This document shows positions 25,425 through 35,913 of a DNA stretch of 64,000 nucleotides, piece after piece. The notes beneath the pieces were generated by a model. That model had not been told where the DNA came from. It was given only the letters and a program-made list of their open reading frames with translations, and searched no databases. Position numbers and translations under genes: made by a program. The stretch comes from Eledone cirrhosa (Eukaryota). Location: assembly GCA_964016885.1 (NCBI GenBank), contig OZ024744.1, positions 97,154,001-97,218,000 on the forward strand, given 5' to 3'. How positions within the stretch are numbered: the first letter of the stretch is position 1; each line of letters starts with the position of its first letter.

Positions 25425-28400
25425 GGGAAGGGGAAGAAGACGCACGAGGTGATGGAGGTCATGAAATCGCTCCCGTAAGTTTTGAATTTTTAACATATTT
25501 AAATCATTTGTGAAATAACAACTCTTAGTACAAATGCTACGTAAAGCACCCGGCTTGAGCCCCAAAAAATTCGGACCCAAAATATATTGTTATAAGGCTC
25601 AAATATTCAAATATTCAACTTTGTATTGTACACTATATATCCAAAAAAAAAATGGCTATAAATGGAAGAAGAAGAAGAACCCCCCCCCCCTCCTCTCCTC
25701 TGGCTACACTATATAGGACAGCTAAACTCACCAACACCAGAAACTAGATACACCACCCACCCCATCATCTGTGTACACTAAACACAACAGCATTTTCACC
25801 TTCACCGCCACCGCTCACTACGGCCATCATTACCACCACTATCCCATCACCGCCGCCACCACCCCTTGACTCCTTCACTGCTGCTGCCACCGCTACAGCA
25901 CCATCACTACAGTAATACGGTCGCATCACCGCCACCACTGCCTCGGTATCGACATCACCACCACCACTGTCTCAGTATCGCCAACGCTGCCAGTCTCCAA
26001 CTTCTCCATGCTGGCTGCCACTTCCACATTATAGAATTCCTACTATGAACAAAGAGGAAGGCATCAAAATATATAGATAGACTCAAAAGAAAAAAGAAAA
26101 AACAAACAACAAAACCAAAGCAGCACAGCAACAACAGCAAAAAACGAGAAAAACAAACAGAGAAAAACAAAAACAAAAAAAACCCCCCAAAACGTAAAGA
26201 AAATAAGAATGAAGAGAGAAGCAGGCGGACGGACAGAGAAGAGGGGGGAAAAAGTAAAACTTAAAAAACAAAAACTAAGTCAGACATTCGAATGCTACAT
26301 TACAATGAAACTTATGCTTATTCATTTTTGGGGCCCTTTCTGCCCGTGTGTTTGTTTGTTTATGTGTGTTCGTATACAGCGTGGTGATAATGCCACACAA
26401 GGGCCAAGTGGGATGGCGGATCCACAGATGGCTATGTAAACATACATTCGCCAATCCTCGATAAGAGTGTTTAAATATCGAACATAAACAGTTCGAATAA
26501 CGGTGAAATGGAGACTAGAACGTCATGTGACAGACTCTCACCCAACAGGTGCCCCCTGGCTCAGCAGCAGGAACCTGACTGTCAACCAAATACTGCTGAT
26601 GTTGGAGGAAGAAGAAGAAGGAAAGGGGCCAGAACCAACTGGACGAAAGAATTGAATAGAACTGTTATGCAATGCTACCTGAAAAGTAACCCCAAGGAGA
26701 GGGGCTACAGGAGACGGATGCATAACATCTGGAACGAGATTGGTTTATTTAAATTAGATGAACAAAAATTGGCCGGGCAGGCTCGGGTAATAAGAACTAA
26801 TGGGTGGATAAGCGAGCTGGAACTGGAGGAACTGAGCAGAGAGAATGGCTTGGAGATGGCGGGTGTAGTATGCCAGACAAGCGAGCCAGCGGGAAATGAA
26901 GGTGAGGAGGTCCTGAGAACGGAGGAACCACCCGAAGCAGACAATGATCTGAATACTGAGATAAATAATACCTGGAACAGAGATACGGCCACTGAGGAGA
27001 TGAATGCTGACGGGCTAGGACAAGATTCGGTTGACATCCTAAATTTAGTGGTAGATGAGTTGAACAATGATAGTGGGAGACCTATGAACCTAAGATTTGT
27101 AGACAGGAAAAAGTTAAAAGAAACAACAGCTAGGGTAAACAAAGTCATCCCATACCTTGAGGCGAGGAACCTTCACCAGTGCAACAATATCCTCAAAGCA
27201 ACAGCAAATACGGTGAGGAAACTACTTGGTATAAAAGCGAGAGGAAACAACAGACAAGAAAGAGCAGAGCCGTGGTGGAAGAAGCGACTGAGTGGGCAAA
27301 TCGGGGAAATGAGAAATGACATAGGAAAGCTTGAGTCACTACTGAATGGGACACTAAAAAACGTAGGCACTAAAAATAGACTGGAAATAAAATACAAAAC
27401 TAGGAGTAAAAAGCTAAATATTATCATAGAGGAATTGAAGCAACGCATTGTAGCAAAGAGTGCCAAAATCAGGCGATACGAGAACAGAGTCAGTCAGTAT
27501 AAACAGAACCGCATGTTCGACAACAACCAGAAGATGCTGTTTGGACAGCTTGAGGGGAAAGAAAGAGGCAACGACTTGATCCCTGGGGCGGAACAAGCTA
27601 AAACATTCTGGAGAGGAATATGGGAGCAGGATGTTAGACACAATGCCCAGGCAGGGTGGATTGAGACAGTACAGAGGGAGATCGGTGAGCAGGCACAGCA
27701 ACAAACTGATTTGAGTATCACAGTTGAAACTCTTAAGGGGCAAGCCAAAAAACTAACCAACTGGAAATCACCAGGCCCAGATGGTGTGCAGGGGTATTGG
27801 ATTAAACATTTAACATCCCTCCACCCGAAGCTGACGGCCATGTTCAATGACTGCTTGGTGTCGGGTGAGGTGCCAGAGTGGTTGACAAAAGGTACCACAG
27901 TTCTGATAATGAAAGACCGAATCAAGGGTAATGATGCTACCAACTATAGACCTATCACATGTCTGCCCGTAATGTGGAAACTGTTGACGAGCATTGTGTC
28001 TGAGGAAATCTACCATCACCTCCACACAAACAACTTGTTACCGGACGAACAGAAAGGATGCCGAAAGAAGTCACGTGGTACAAAGGACCAGTTGCTTATT
28101 GATAAGATGGTAATGGGGAATTGCAGGAGGAGACACACTGATCTTGCCATGGGATGGATAGACTACAGAAAGGCATTTGACATGGTGCCTCATTCCTGGA
28201 TCACCAAAAGCCTGGAGATCTTCAGGGTGGCAGATAACATCAGACAGTTGCTGGGCAGGAGTATGGGGTCCTGGGAGACAGAGTTGACATCAACTGGAGT
28301 ATCCTTGGGAAGCGTGAAGATCAAGAGAGGTATCTTCCAGGGAGATAGCCTGTCCCCTCTGTTGTTTGTCCTTGCCCTGATGCCCTTGACCATTATGCTG

Positions 28401-29973
28401 CGAAAAGTGAGAGCAGGATACAAGTTGAGAAGGGGAGAGCTTACCATCAATCACCTCCTCTTCATGGACGATCTTAAGCTCTTCGGGAAAAGTGAGAAGG
28501 AGTTGGATGTGCTTGTTGACACTGTCCGTATTTTCAGCAGTGATATATGTATGCAGTTTGGTATTGGTAAATGTGGAGTCATTGTGATGAAGAGGGTAGG
28601 TTGAGCAGAAGTAACGGGATCCAGATACCAACAGGTGAGATGATAAAGGAAATTGACTCTGAGGAGGGATACAAGTATTTGGGCGTTCTGGAGGCTGATG
28701 GCATAAAGAACAAAAAAATGAAGGAATTGTTAAGAACTGAATACATTCGGAGAGTAAGGAGCGTATTGAAGTCACATCTGAACAGCAGAAATGCCATAAG
28801 CGCAGTAAATTCCCGAGCTGTGTCTATTATCAGGTACAGTGCGGGAATTCTGAGATGGAATGTTGCTGAACAAAAAGAAATGGATAGGAAGACTAGGAAG
28901 CTATTGACTATCTACAACATGTTCCACAAGAGGAGTGATGTCGATAGACTCTACCTAAGGAGATCTGAGGGTGGAAGAGGTCTTATCAGCATAGAGGACT
29001 GTGTTCAGATGGAGAAAAACAACCTATACAAATACGTGACCTATAGTAAGGAGCCAATGCTCAGAACTGTACTGAAGGAGGGGACAGTAGGCCAGGGGAT
29101 GTCCAAGGAGGAAATAACATCAAGGAGGAAGAGCAGCCTTAAGGGAAAATCCCTTCATAGTACCTTCTTTGAGAAAACTGAATTTAGAGATCCACAGACA
29201 TGGAACTGGTTGAGAAGAGGAGACCTCAAAAAGGCTACAGAAGGAATGCTAATGGCTGCGCAGGAGCAGGCCCTCAAAACGAAGTGGTTGAAGCACCATA
29301 TCTACAAGGAGGAGGCTAGCCCACTGTGCAGGATCTGTGGAGAGAGAGAGGAGACTGTGGCTCACATTGTGTCCGAGTGTAAACACCTAGCCCAGACCCA
29401 CTATAAGGGCTGGAGACACGATGTGATGGGCAGGGTGATCCACTGGCACCTGTGCAAAGTAAACAATCTACCACATTCTGAGAAATGGTATGAGCATAGG
29501 CCAGAGGCGGTGATGGAGAACAGTCAGGTGAAGGTGCTGTGGGATTTTAGGATACAGACGGACAAAAAACTGGAACACAATAGACCTGACCTGGTGGTTG
29601 TGGACAAAGAAAAAAGATCGTGCCTGATTGTGGATGTGGCCTGCCCGTTCGACACGAGAGTGCAAGAGAAGGAGAGGGAGAAAATTAACCGATACCAGGA
29701 CCTAAAGTGGGAGGTGAAAAGGATTTGGAACTGCCATGAAGTCAAAGTGATCCCGATTGTCATAGGCGCACTGGGGACTATCTCCCAAAGTTTCCAGGGA
29801 TGGTTAAAGAAAATCGGCCCCTTCACGCTTTTTGGAACGCTTCAAAAGGCATGCTTGCTTGGAACAGCAAGAACCCTCCGATACGTCCTGAATATCTGAG
29901 GCTGCAGGTAGTGGCTTGATATTCAATCCAACGGACTTTCCAGTTAACCAACATCAATGACTGAGATTCAAGG
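25424..29973 (+). mobile_element. Apparently full-length R4/Dong-clade non-LTR retrotransposon (5' boundary uncertain)
   Basis: Single RT-CCHC-RLE reading frame, bounded by (AAT)n on both sides. Assigning 25424-26507 to the 5' UTR is an inference. Confidence 0.8.
26508..29899 (+). CDS. R4/Dong-type polyprotein (RT + CCHC zinc finger + restriction-like endonuclease), one frameshift at ~28593
   Basis: Motifs NWKSPGPDGV, YRPITCLP, IDYRKAFD, GIFQGDSLSP, LFMDDLK, CRIC..ETVAHIVSEC, RHD and RPDLVVVD...DVACPFD. ORFs 26508..28604 and 28571..29899 are joined by a one-G loss (AGGGT here, AGGGGT in the copy at ~13525). Confidence 0.92.
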
Positions 29974-29986
29974 AATAACAATAATG

Positions 29987-30066
<80 letters not shown>
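29974..30066. repeat. (AAT)n tract shared as tail by the Dong-like element (+) and Tx1-like copy 1 (-)
   Basis: About 30 AAT units between two convergent element 3' ends. Confidence 0.95.
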
Positions 30067-30068
<2 letters not shown>

Positions 30069-30329
30069 TTTCTTTATTAACCACAAGGGTTTACATAAAG
30101 TAGACATTAAGGACAGTGCAGGACAATGAAGGACGGTACAAATGGGCATTTCTGCGTGTAAAAAAAACAAAAACAGAGGATGTAACAAAAATAACAATGA
30201 AAATAACAATGAAAAATTCCCCAATAGGGGGGAGACTTCGGAGGGACATTTGTGGAGAAAGCCCAGTAAAAAGCCACAATGACCCTGACCACCAAGGCAA
30301 GTGCCCTCTCCCAGTTTTCCACCTTTAGT

Positions 30330-33300
30330 TTACAGATATATACTCAGAGTCGGCCCATTCACTCGGGCCATTCTTGCTTCTCTCACCCATCTTTCAACAA
30401 AATGCTGGGAAGAGAGCACTTCCTTCTCTACTCTGATTTTCCTTTTCAAATGAAATTTGAAAAAGTCAATCAGAGCATCACCGAAGAGGTAAGTGCTCGT
30501 CTTCAGCCCTTTCAAACGTGTCCACCATACTATCTCTTTCGCCATGGCCACCAGACAGATAAAAACTGCCTGCCCTTCCCGGCTAAAGGAGGAGGGCGGG
30601 GCAATCCTCACGATAGACTCAGATGATAGCTGGATCCGTCCTAAACGCGACAGCAGGTGTTCGACATAAACCCACAAGTCAGCAATTTTCGGACACTGGA
30701 CGAGTGCGTGTAGGACGGTTTCGTCGCCCTGCGCGCATCTCGGACATGCCCGGCTGACGGCACCTCCATGCCTGTAGAGTTTATCCCGAACTGGCAAGGC
30801 TCCTCGGTAGCACTGCCAGGCCAGAGATTTCTGGAAGTTGTCCATAGGCCCTGGCCCGAAAGTTCTTCCGAAGAGATTGGCTAGTTGATTTTCGTCGACG
30901 CCTAGAGTTTCCCCAAGTACGTCGTCGCTCTTCCCCTCCACTAATCCTCTATAGAACGCCGAGGTGGAGTTTCCACCGATCACATTGCCCGATTGGTCGA
31001 GGGCTGTGAGCGCCTGAAGACATTCCAGTCTCCAGGCGCTCCCTCTCGGTCTTCGCTTGACCCAGGACTGCAGCTCCGTCAAGGAAACGAGCTGGGGAAA
31101 AACGCGTCTAGCAAACGGCGACCACACCTGATCACCGTCGAGGAAGAGGTGGAGATGTCGTAGCCTGAGCGCGTGCCTGCGCATCATCAGCCACGGCATG
31201 CCCAGCCCTCCACGTAGCGGGTGTTGACAACAGATGGACCGCCTGACCATCGGAGCACGTCCCTTCCACAAAAAGCGAAAGAGCAAACGCTCCAGCGCAG
31301 TCAGGCGAGGCTTAGGACAAGGTACGACGGTTAGGCGGTAGCAGATGACAGACGCGATGTACGCGTTAGCCACCTCCGCTCGACCTTTCAGGGATAGCTT
31401 CCTCTCCGCCCATTTCTGGGTGAGAGAAGCCACCCTGCTCGTCACCTCGTCCCAGTTTTTGTCCGTCTGGAGGTCCGGACCGAACCAGACCCCTAGCAAT
31501 TTAACCGGTCCGTCCGTCCAGCGCCCGACGACGCTGTTGGACGGCATGGACCTGCCTCTCCAGGTGCCGAGCTGCAGGCCCACTGACTTTTCCTGGTTGA
31601 TCATTGCTCCTGTCACCGCTTCGTATTCTCTTAGTGTAGTGCCGATCGCCTCGATGTGTTTGGCGTTCGACACCACTACGGTGACATCGTCCGCATATGC
31701 TGACACGGATCTTCCGCATCCTAGTTCGCGCGGGACTCCCCTCAACGTCTCCAGTTTGTGCAGTAATGGCTCGAGCGTCAATACGTACAAGAGGGACGAG
31801 AGGGGACATCCTTGGCGGACCGAGCGCATGATGTTGAACGGTTCCGACAGGTGACCGTTCACTCTCACCACAGAGCAGATGTCGCTGTGCATGGCAGCGA
31901 TCCAGCCTCTGAAGACGGGCCCAAAGCCAGCCGCCCTCAGGACTGCCGCTAGGTAACGATGGTCGACCCTATCGAAAGCTTTCGACTGATCTAAATTGAT
32001 CAAGGACCCACCCGTGCCAGGTTCCCTAGCTACCCTCTCTACGATGTATCGCATGAGGTGGAGGTTGTCGTGGATGGATCTGTCGGGAATGGCGCATGTC
32101 TGCGCCTCTCCCACCAGACCACCAACGACAAGCGCCAACCTCTTTGCTAGCACCTTGGCCAAAATCTTAAACTCTGTGTTTAGCAGAGTTATGGGCCGGA
32201 AATTGTCTATGTTATCCCCCTTGTTCGGATCCTTTCTCAGCAGTGCCACCGCTCCTCGGCTCACAGAACTGGGAATTCTCCCGTTCTGTTGCCAGTTGCA
32301 GTAGACGTCCGCCAAGAGGCCTCCGAACAAGTCTGGCATCTGTACGTAAAGTTCATAGGGCAGACCATCCAAACCAGGCGATTTACCCCTTGTGCAGCCA
32401 GTCATTGCCTCCCTTACTTCAGCGGCTGTTATCGGCTTTTCGCAACACTTCGCCTCAGTGGCCGAGAGCCGCGGCAGCCCGTCGAGGTAGACACTAAAGT
32501 CCATCGCTCTACCCGGCCCACCGCTGCCCCCGAACAGCTGAGCGAAGTGTCGCTGAAAAGCTTCACACATTTGCCCGGGATCGAGTAGCATGCGCCCGTC
32601 GTGGTCCACCAAAGACCGGATCGTGGCTTTGTTGCCACGACGCGCCTCCGCCACTCGGGCCCATTGAACGGCTTTCGTCCCCTCGTGTCTGAGAGCACGC
32701 ACCCTAGCTCTGACAACGCAGCCTTCGTGCTTTGCATTGAAGAATTGGTCAAGGGCCAATTTCGCCGCAAGCACGTCGGTCGCAATGCCTTTGCTAAGCG
32801 CCTCGTCTAATTTTCTAACTAGTTCTCCCTCTGCTCTATTTTTCTCTATTGCTAAAGCCTTACTAAACCTAATCGATTCTATTCTAATCGCTCTTTTCAG
32901 AGCAAACCACCACTTGTTGTTGACGATGGCCCCCGTCAACGCCCGCTTAACTAGTTCGCTAATCCGGTCTCTGTAGGCCTTGCGCGCTGGTAAGGACGCG
33001 TTTAGCTTCCAGTAGCCGGGTCCTCGTCTATGAAGCCTATCTAGGTCAAGCACACAGATCACGAATTTGTGGTCCGTGTAGCTGACTATCTTGAATTGTG
33101 GACAGCCTATGCTAGACCTATCTATTTCCCTACAAAATACTCTATCTAGATATGATCTGGATGACCCTATGCGGTTTGTCCAAGTCCACATTGGCACATT
33201 CGGGAAATCCAATCGGTACCTGTCAGACAGTTCAAAACGCCTGAGCAGGTTGGTGAGGCTCTTGCACCCTCCACCCCTATCCGCTAATCCCACACAGTCC

Positions 33301-33749
33301 CAGCGTGCATCTAAGATCCCGTTCCAGTCGCCCACTAACACTAAAGAGCGGGACGTTCCAAGAAAGGTCTCCAGACGCCGGAAGAAATCAGGCCGCCCTG
33401 CTCCTGTCGGGGCATAGACGGCCACTAGCCTGAAAGCTTGCCCGTCTCCGCTGGTCACGTCCAGCACCACCAGCTTACCCTCTGGGTCCAGGAAGATGGC
33501 CCGTATGGCGAGATCCAAACCTCTGCGAAAAAGCACAGCAACTCCTCCACCCGATCCAGGACGGCTGGGAGATGCGTACACATCGTAGCCGCCGAAGATC
33601 GGTGCGAAGGCCCGTGCTTCGGAGATTCTGGTCTCGCTGATGGCCACTACATCTATGTTTAGTGACCTGAGGTCGTTGAGCAGGTGACCCTGCTTCCATG
33701 ACGACCCCAAGCCACGCGCATTTATGCTGCCTATTCTGAGTGAGGTCAT
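30330..33749 (-). CDS. ORF2p: APE endonuclease, reverse transcriptase, C-terminal zinc finger (1139 aa)
   Basis: Endonuclease: SINARGL, ISETR, GDWN, YLDRVF, TDH. RT: GKSPGLDGLP, FRPITLLN, DQSKAFDRV, QGCPLS, YADD. Zinc finger: CPRC...ETVLHALVQC. Confidence 0.96.
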   Translation of the reverse strand: MTSLRIGSINARGLGSSWKQGHLLNDLRSLNIDVVAISETRISEARAFAPIFGGYDVYASPSRPGSGGGVAVLFRRGLDLAIRAIFLDPEGKLVVLDVTSGDGQAFRLVAVYAPTGAGRPDFFRRLETFLGTSRSLVLVGDWNGILDARWDCVGLADRGGGCKSLTNLLRRFELSDRYRLDFPNVPMWTWTNRIGSSRSYLDRVFCREIDRSSIGCPQFKIVSYTDHKFVICVLDLDRLHRRGPGYWKLNASLPARKAYRDRISELVKRALTGAIVNNKWWFALKRAIRIESIRFSKALAIEKNRAEGELVRKLDEALSKGIATDVLAAKLALDQFFNAKHEGCVVRARVRALRHEGTKAVQWARVAEARRGNKATIRSLVDHDGRMLLDPGQMCEAFQRHFAQLFGGSGGPGRAMDFSVYLDGLPRLSATEAKCCEKPITAAEVREAMTGCTRGKSPGLDGLPYELYVQMPDLFGGLLADVYCNWQQNGRIPSSVSRGAVALLRKDPNKGDNIDNFRPITLLNTEFKILAKVLAKRLALVVGGLVGEAQTCAIPDRSIHDNLHLMRYIVERVAREPGTGGSLINLDQSKAFDRVDHRYLAAVLRAAGFGPVFRGWIAAMHSDICSVVRVNGHLSEPFNIMRSVRQGCPLSSLLYVLTLEPLLHKLETLRGVPRELGCGRSVSAYADDVTVVVSNAKHIEAIGTTLREYEAVTGAMINQEKSVGLQLGTWRGRSMPSNSVVGRWTDGPVKLLGVWFGPDLQTDKNWDEVTSRVASLTQKWAERKLSLKGRAEVANAYIASVICYRLTVVPCPKPRLTALERLLFRFLWKGRAPMVRRSICCQHPLRGGLGMPWLMMRRHALRLRHLHLFLDGDQVWSPFARRVFPQLVSLTELQSWVKRRPRGSAWRLECLQALTALDQSGNVIGGNSTSAFYRGLVEGKSDDVLGETLGVDENQLANLFGRTFGPGPMDNFQKSLAWQCYRGALPVRDKLYRHGGAVSRACPRCAQGDETVLHALVQCPKIADLWVYVEHLLSRLGRIQLSSESIVRIAPPSSFSREGQAVFICLVAMAKEIVWWTRLKGLKTSTYLFGDALIDFFKFHLKRKIRVEKEVLSSQHFVERWVREARMARVNGPTLSIYL

Positions 33750-33783
33750 GTTTAAATAGAGTGGAAAAGATGGGAAAGACCAC

Positions 33784-35913
33784 TTACCGTACTTTTGGTA
33801 GAGGAGGGATGGTTTTTACATCCCTTTTCACTTGATCGTCTGGTGAAGGGACCGTTGAATCGTCCCTTCGGCTGGTCGTCGGCTCTTCTAAGAGAATGTC
33901 TGAATATACTCTTCGATTGATGGTTCCTCCTAGGTCCCTGAAATCACCAACTGCGTTGGGGAATTTCGTTTTAATGTTTGTGTATTGTTTCTGTGCTATT
34001 TTTAGCAGTCTTATGTTAGTTGGCGTTTTGATTGGTGCTGGTATTATGTAGTCCTGTTGTGAAATGTCTGTGTGTTCAATTATGTAAGTCATTAGTTTCT
34101 TGTTGTGTGTGTTTATTGCCGTGCATTTGTTTTTCTGGGGGTGGGGTGTGGTTCTGCTATTTTCTTGTCGTTGTTGCTGGGTGTGTGTGTTTTGTTGTTG
34201 TGTTTGCGATGTTGGTGCTTGTGGTGGTGGTGTTGAAGGTGTTGTTGGCGGTGGGGTTGTCGCCGGTGGTGATGGTGGTGCTAGTGTGGGTGGTGATGGT
34301 GTTGGTGTTGTTGCTGCTGTGGGTCTCTTTGCAGTAGACTTTACCCTTTTCTCATTTCTTTCCTCCCTTTTCAAAGGCGACGATGCGCTGCTTCTGCGTT
34401 TGTGCCTTCTTGCGACCTTTTGCCATCCCTCTCCCACCTCACACTCCATGTCTGATTCTGTGAGGTCGGGGAGGGGTACCAGCTCCACTCTTTCACTTGT
34501 TGTTGTTGGTGATGTTTGCACTGGAGTCTCTGTTGCAGCTGCATTTGGTATTGCTGTTGTTGTTGTTAATATTTCCACTGCTGCTGCTGTCTTTGATTTC
34601 CGTGGAGTGGGTATGGGTGCCACGGACCTATCGTTCCTGGTTGCCGCTTGTCCTGTTGCTGGTAGCCGTGGAGCCGGATTCGGAAGGAGGGGGGTTTTCT
34701 CCTTTCTCAGGGTCTTCTCGTTGCAGAAGGCCCTGAGGTGAGTCTTCGATCCACAGCGAAAGCATTTCGGGCGTTTGCCCTCAACACTTATGGGCAGTTG
34801 AGTGCCGTTATCGAAGTCTATCACATCCGGGATAGCTTCGATGCACTCCTGGTTGGTTTGGATTAGCATCTCAATGGAGGAGCCGACCCAATCTTCTCTT
34901 ACTTTTTTCTGTACTTGCAGTACAGTTGTTTTGTCCTCGATTCCGACGAGGACAGACGCGGCCAGCCAAGAAGGGGTCATTCCGGGGGGGACGTGGGTCA
35001 GTTTGACCCTCACAATTTTTTGCCCGCAGTAGGAGGGCACCAACACCATTTCCTCGCTCCTTAGGGTCACTACTGATTGGGCCTTTGCCTCCTGGGGTGT
35101 GGCAAAAAGTACGTCTACGGTGGCGTATTTTTTGCCTCGGGTGATGTGCGTTTTCCTCTGCCACACAGACCCCAAGGCTTTTTGTATTTGGGCCTCTGTG
35201 GCTCTTTCCACCCTACGGGATTTTGTACTTACTGTACGGTACGTGACCGTACAGTGCTCTTGGGTTTCGAAAAAATTTTTCGCTGCCTTGCAGATTGCTC
35301 GGTGTCCGTTCTTTGTCACCATCTTCTTCGCTTCCTCTAATTCCTCATTTGTTATGAGGATTGTTTCCAAGTTTTTCGCAATACCTGCAAATGAGATTGG
35401 TTTGTCTCTGCTGTTGTTGTTGTCGTCAGAGCTGCTGGTACTTTTGTTGTTGCTGCAGGTACTACGACTACTGCCTCCGCCGCTGTTGCTGTGGTTGTTG
35501 TTGGTGTTGCTGCTGCTAATGCTGTTGTTGTTTATGCTGCTGGTGATGCTGTTGCGGCTGCTACTGTTGTTTTCATTGTCACTGTTGCTGTTGTTATTAC
35601 GGCTGCTACTGCTATTATTCCTGACGTCAGACGAATGAACTGGGTTTTCGTATTTCCCGCACACCTGTTTCGTCGCTGTCGTCGTCGTCGTGGAGAAACT
35701 TTGCACGCTTTGCACGAGACTTTTCTTTTCTTTCGTCACTTGCGAAAGAGAAGGGAGGGAGAGAGACACATTTAAAGAAGGGAGGGAGAGAGACAATCTT
35801 CTCTCTGCTGTAGTGATGATTGAGGAAGAAGAAGACGGAATGAGTGGGAGTGACGTATGAAATTTCTTTTTGGTAGCCATGTTTTTTTGTTTAAAATGAA
35901 ATTTTGGGTACAA
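33784..35913 (-). CDS. ORF1p: gag-like nucleic-acid-binding protein with CCHC knuckle (709 aa; likely ATG start at 35880, MATKKK)
   Basis: CFRCGSKTHLRAFC (CX2CX4HX4C), flanked by S/N-rich and P/T-rich low-complexity regions; lies directly upstream of ORF2. Confidence 0.9.
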   Translation of the reverse strand: MYPKFHFKQKNMATKKKFHTSLPLIPSSSSSIITTAERRLSLSLPSLNVSLSLPSLSQVTKEKKSLVQSVQSFSTTTTTATKQVCGKYENPVHSSDVRNNSSSSRNNNSNSDNENNSSSRNSITSSINNNSISSSNTNNNHSNSGGGSSRSTCSNNKSTSSSDDNNNSRDKPISFAGIAKNLETILITNEELEEAKKMVTKNGHRAICKAAKNFFETQEHCTVTYRTVSTKSRRVERATEAQIQKALGSVWQRKTHITRGKKYATVDVLFATPQEAKAQSVVTLRSEEMVLVPSYCGQKIVRVKLTHVPPGMTPSWLAASVLVGIEDKTTVLQVQKKVREDWVGSSIEMLIQTNQECIEAIPDVIDFDNGTQLPISVEGKRPKCFRCGSKTHLRAFCNEKTLRKEKTPLLPNPAPRLPATGQAATRNDRSVAPIPTPRKSKTAAAVEILTTTTAIPNAAATETPVQTSPTTTSERVELVPLPDLTESDMECEVGEGWQKVARRHKRRSSASSPLKREERNEKRVKSTAKRPTAATTPTPSPPTLAPPSPPATTPPPTTPSTPPPQAPTSQTQQQNTHTQQQRQENSRTTPHPQKNKCTAINTHNKKLMTYIIEHTDISQQDYIIPAPIKTPTNIRLLKIAQKQYTNIKTKFPNAVGDFRDLGGTINRRVYSDILLEEPTTSRRDDSTVPSPDDQVKRDVKTIPPLPKVR

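Noticed and set aside
26325-26470. HDV-like ribozyme upstream of the Dong-like ORF
   Set aside because: Stems are visible (GGCCCTT/AAGGGCC; GGATGGCG/CGCCAATCC), but I could not build the nested double pseudoknot or identify the catalytic C.
31345-35775. Antisense ORFs repeated in each LINE copy (e.g. 169, 213 and 179 aa)
   Set aside because: They recur only because the copies are near-identical; they are explained as shadows of ORF1/ORF2 codon and low-complexity composition.
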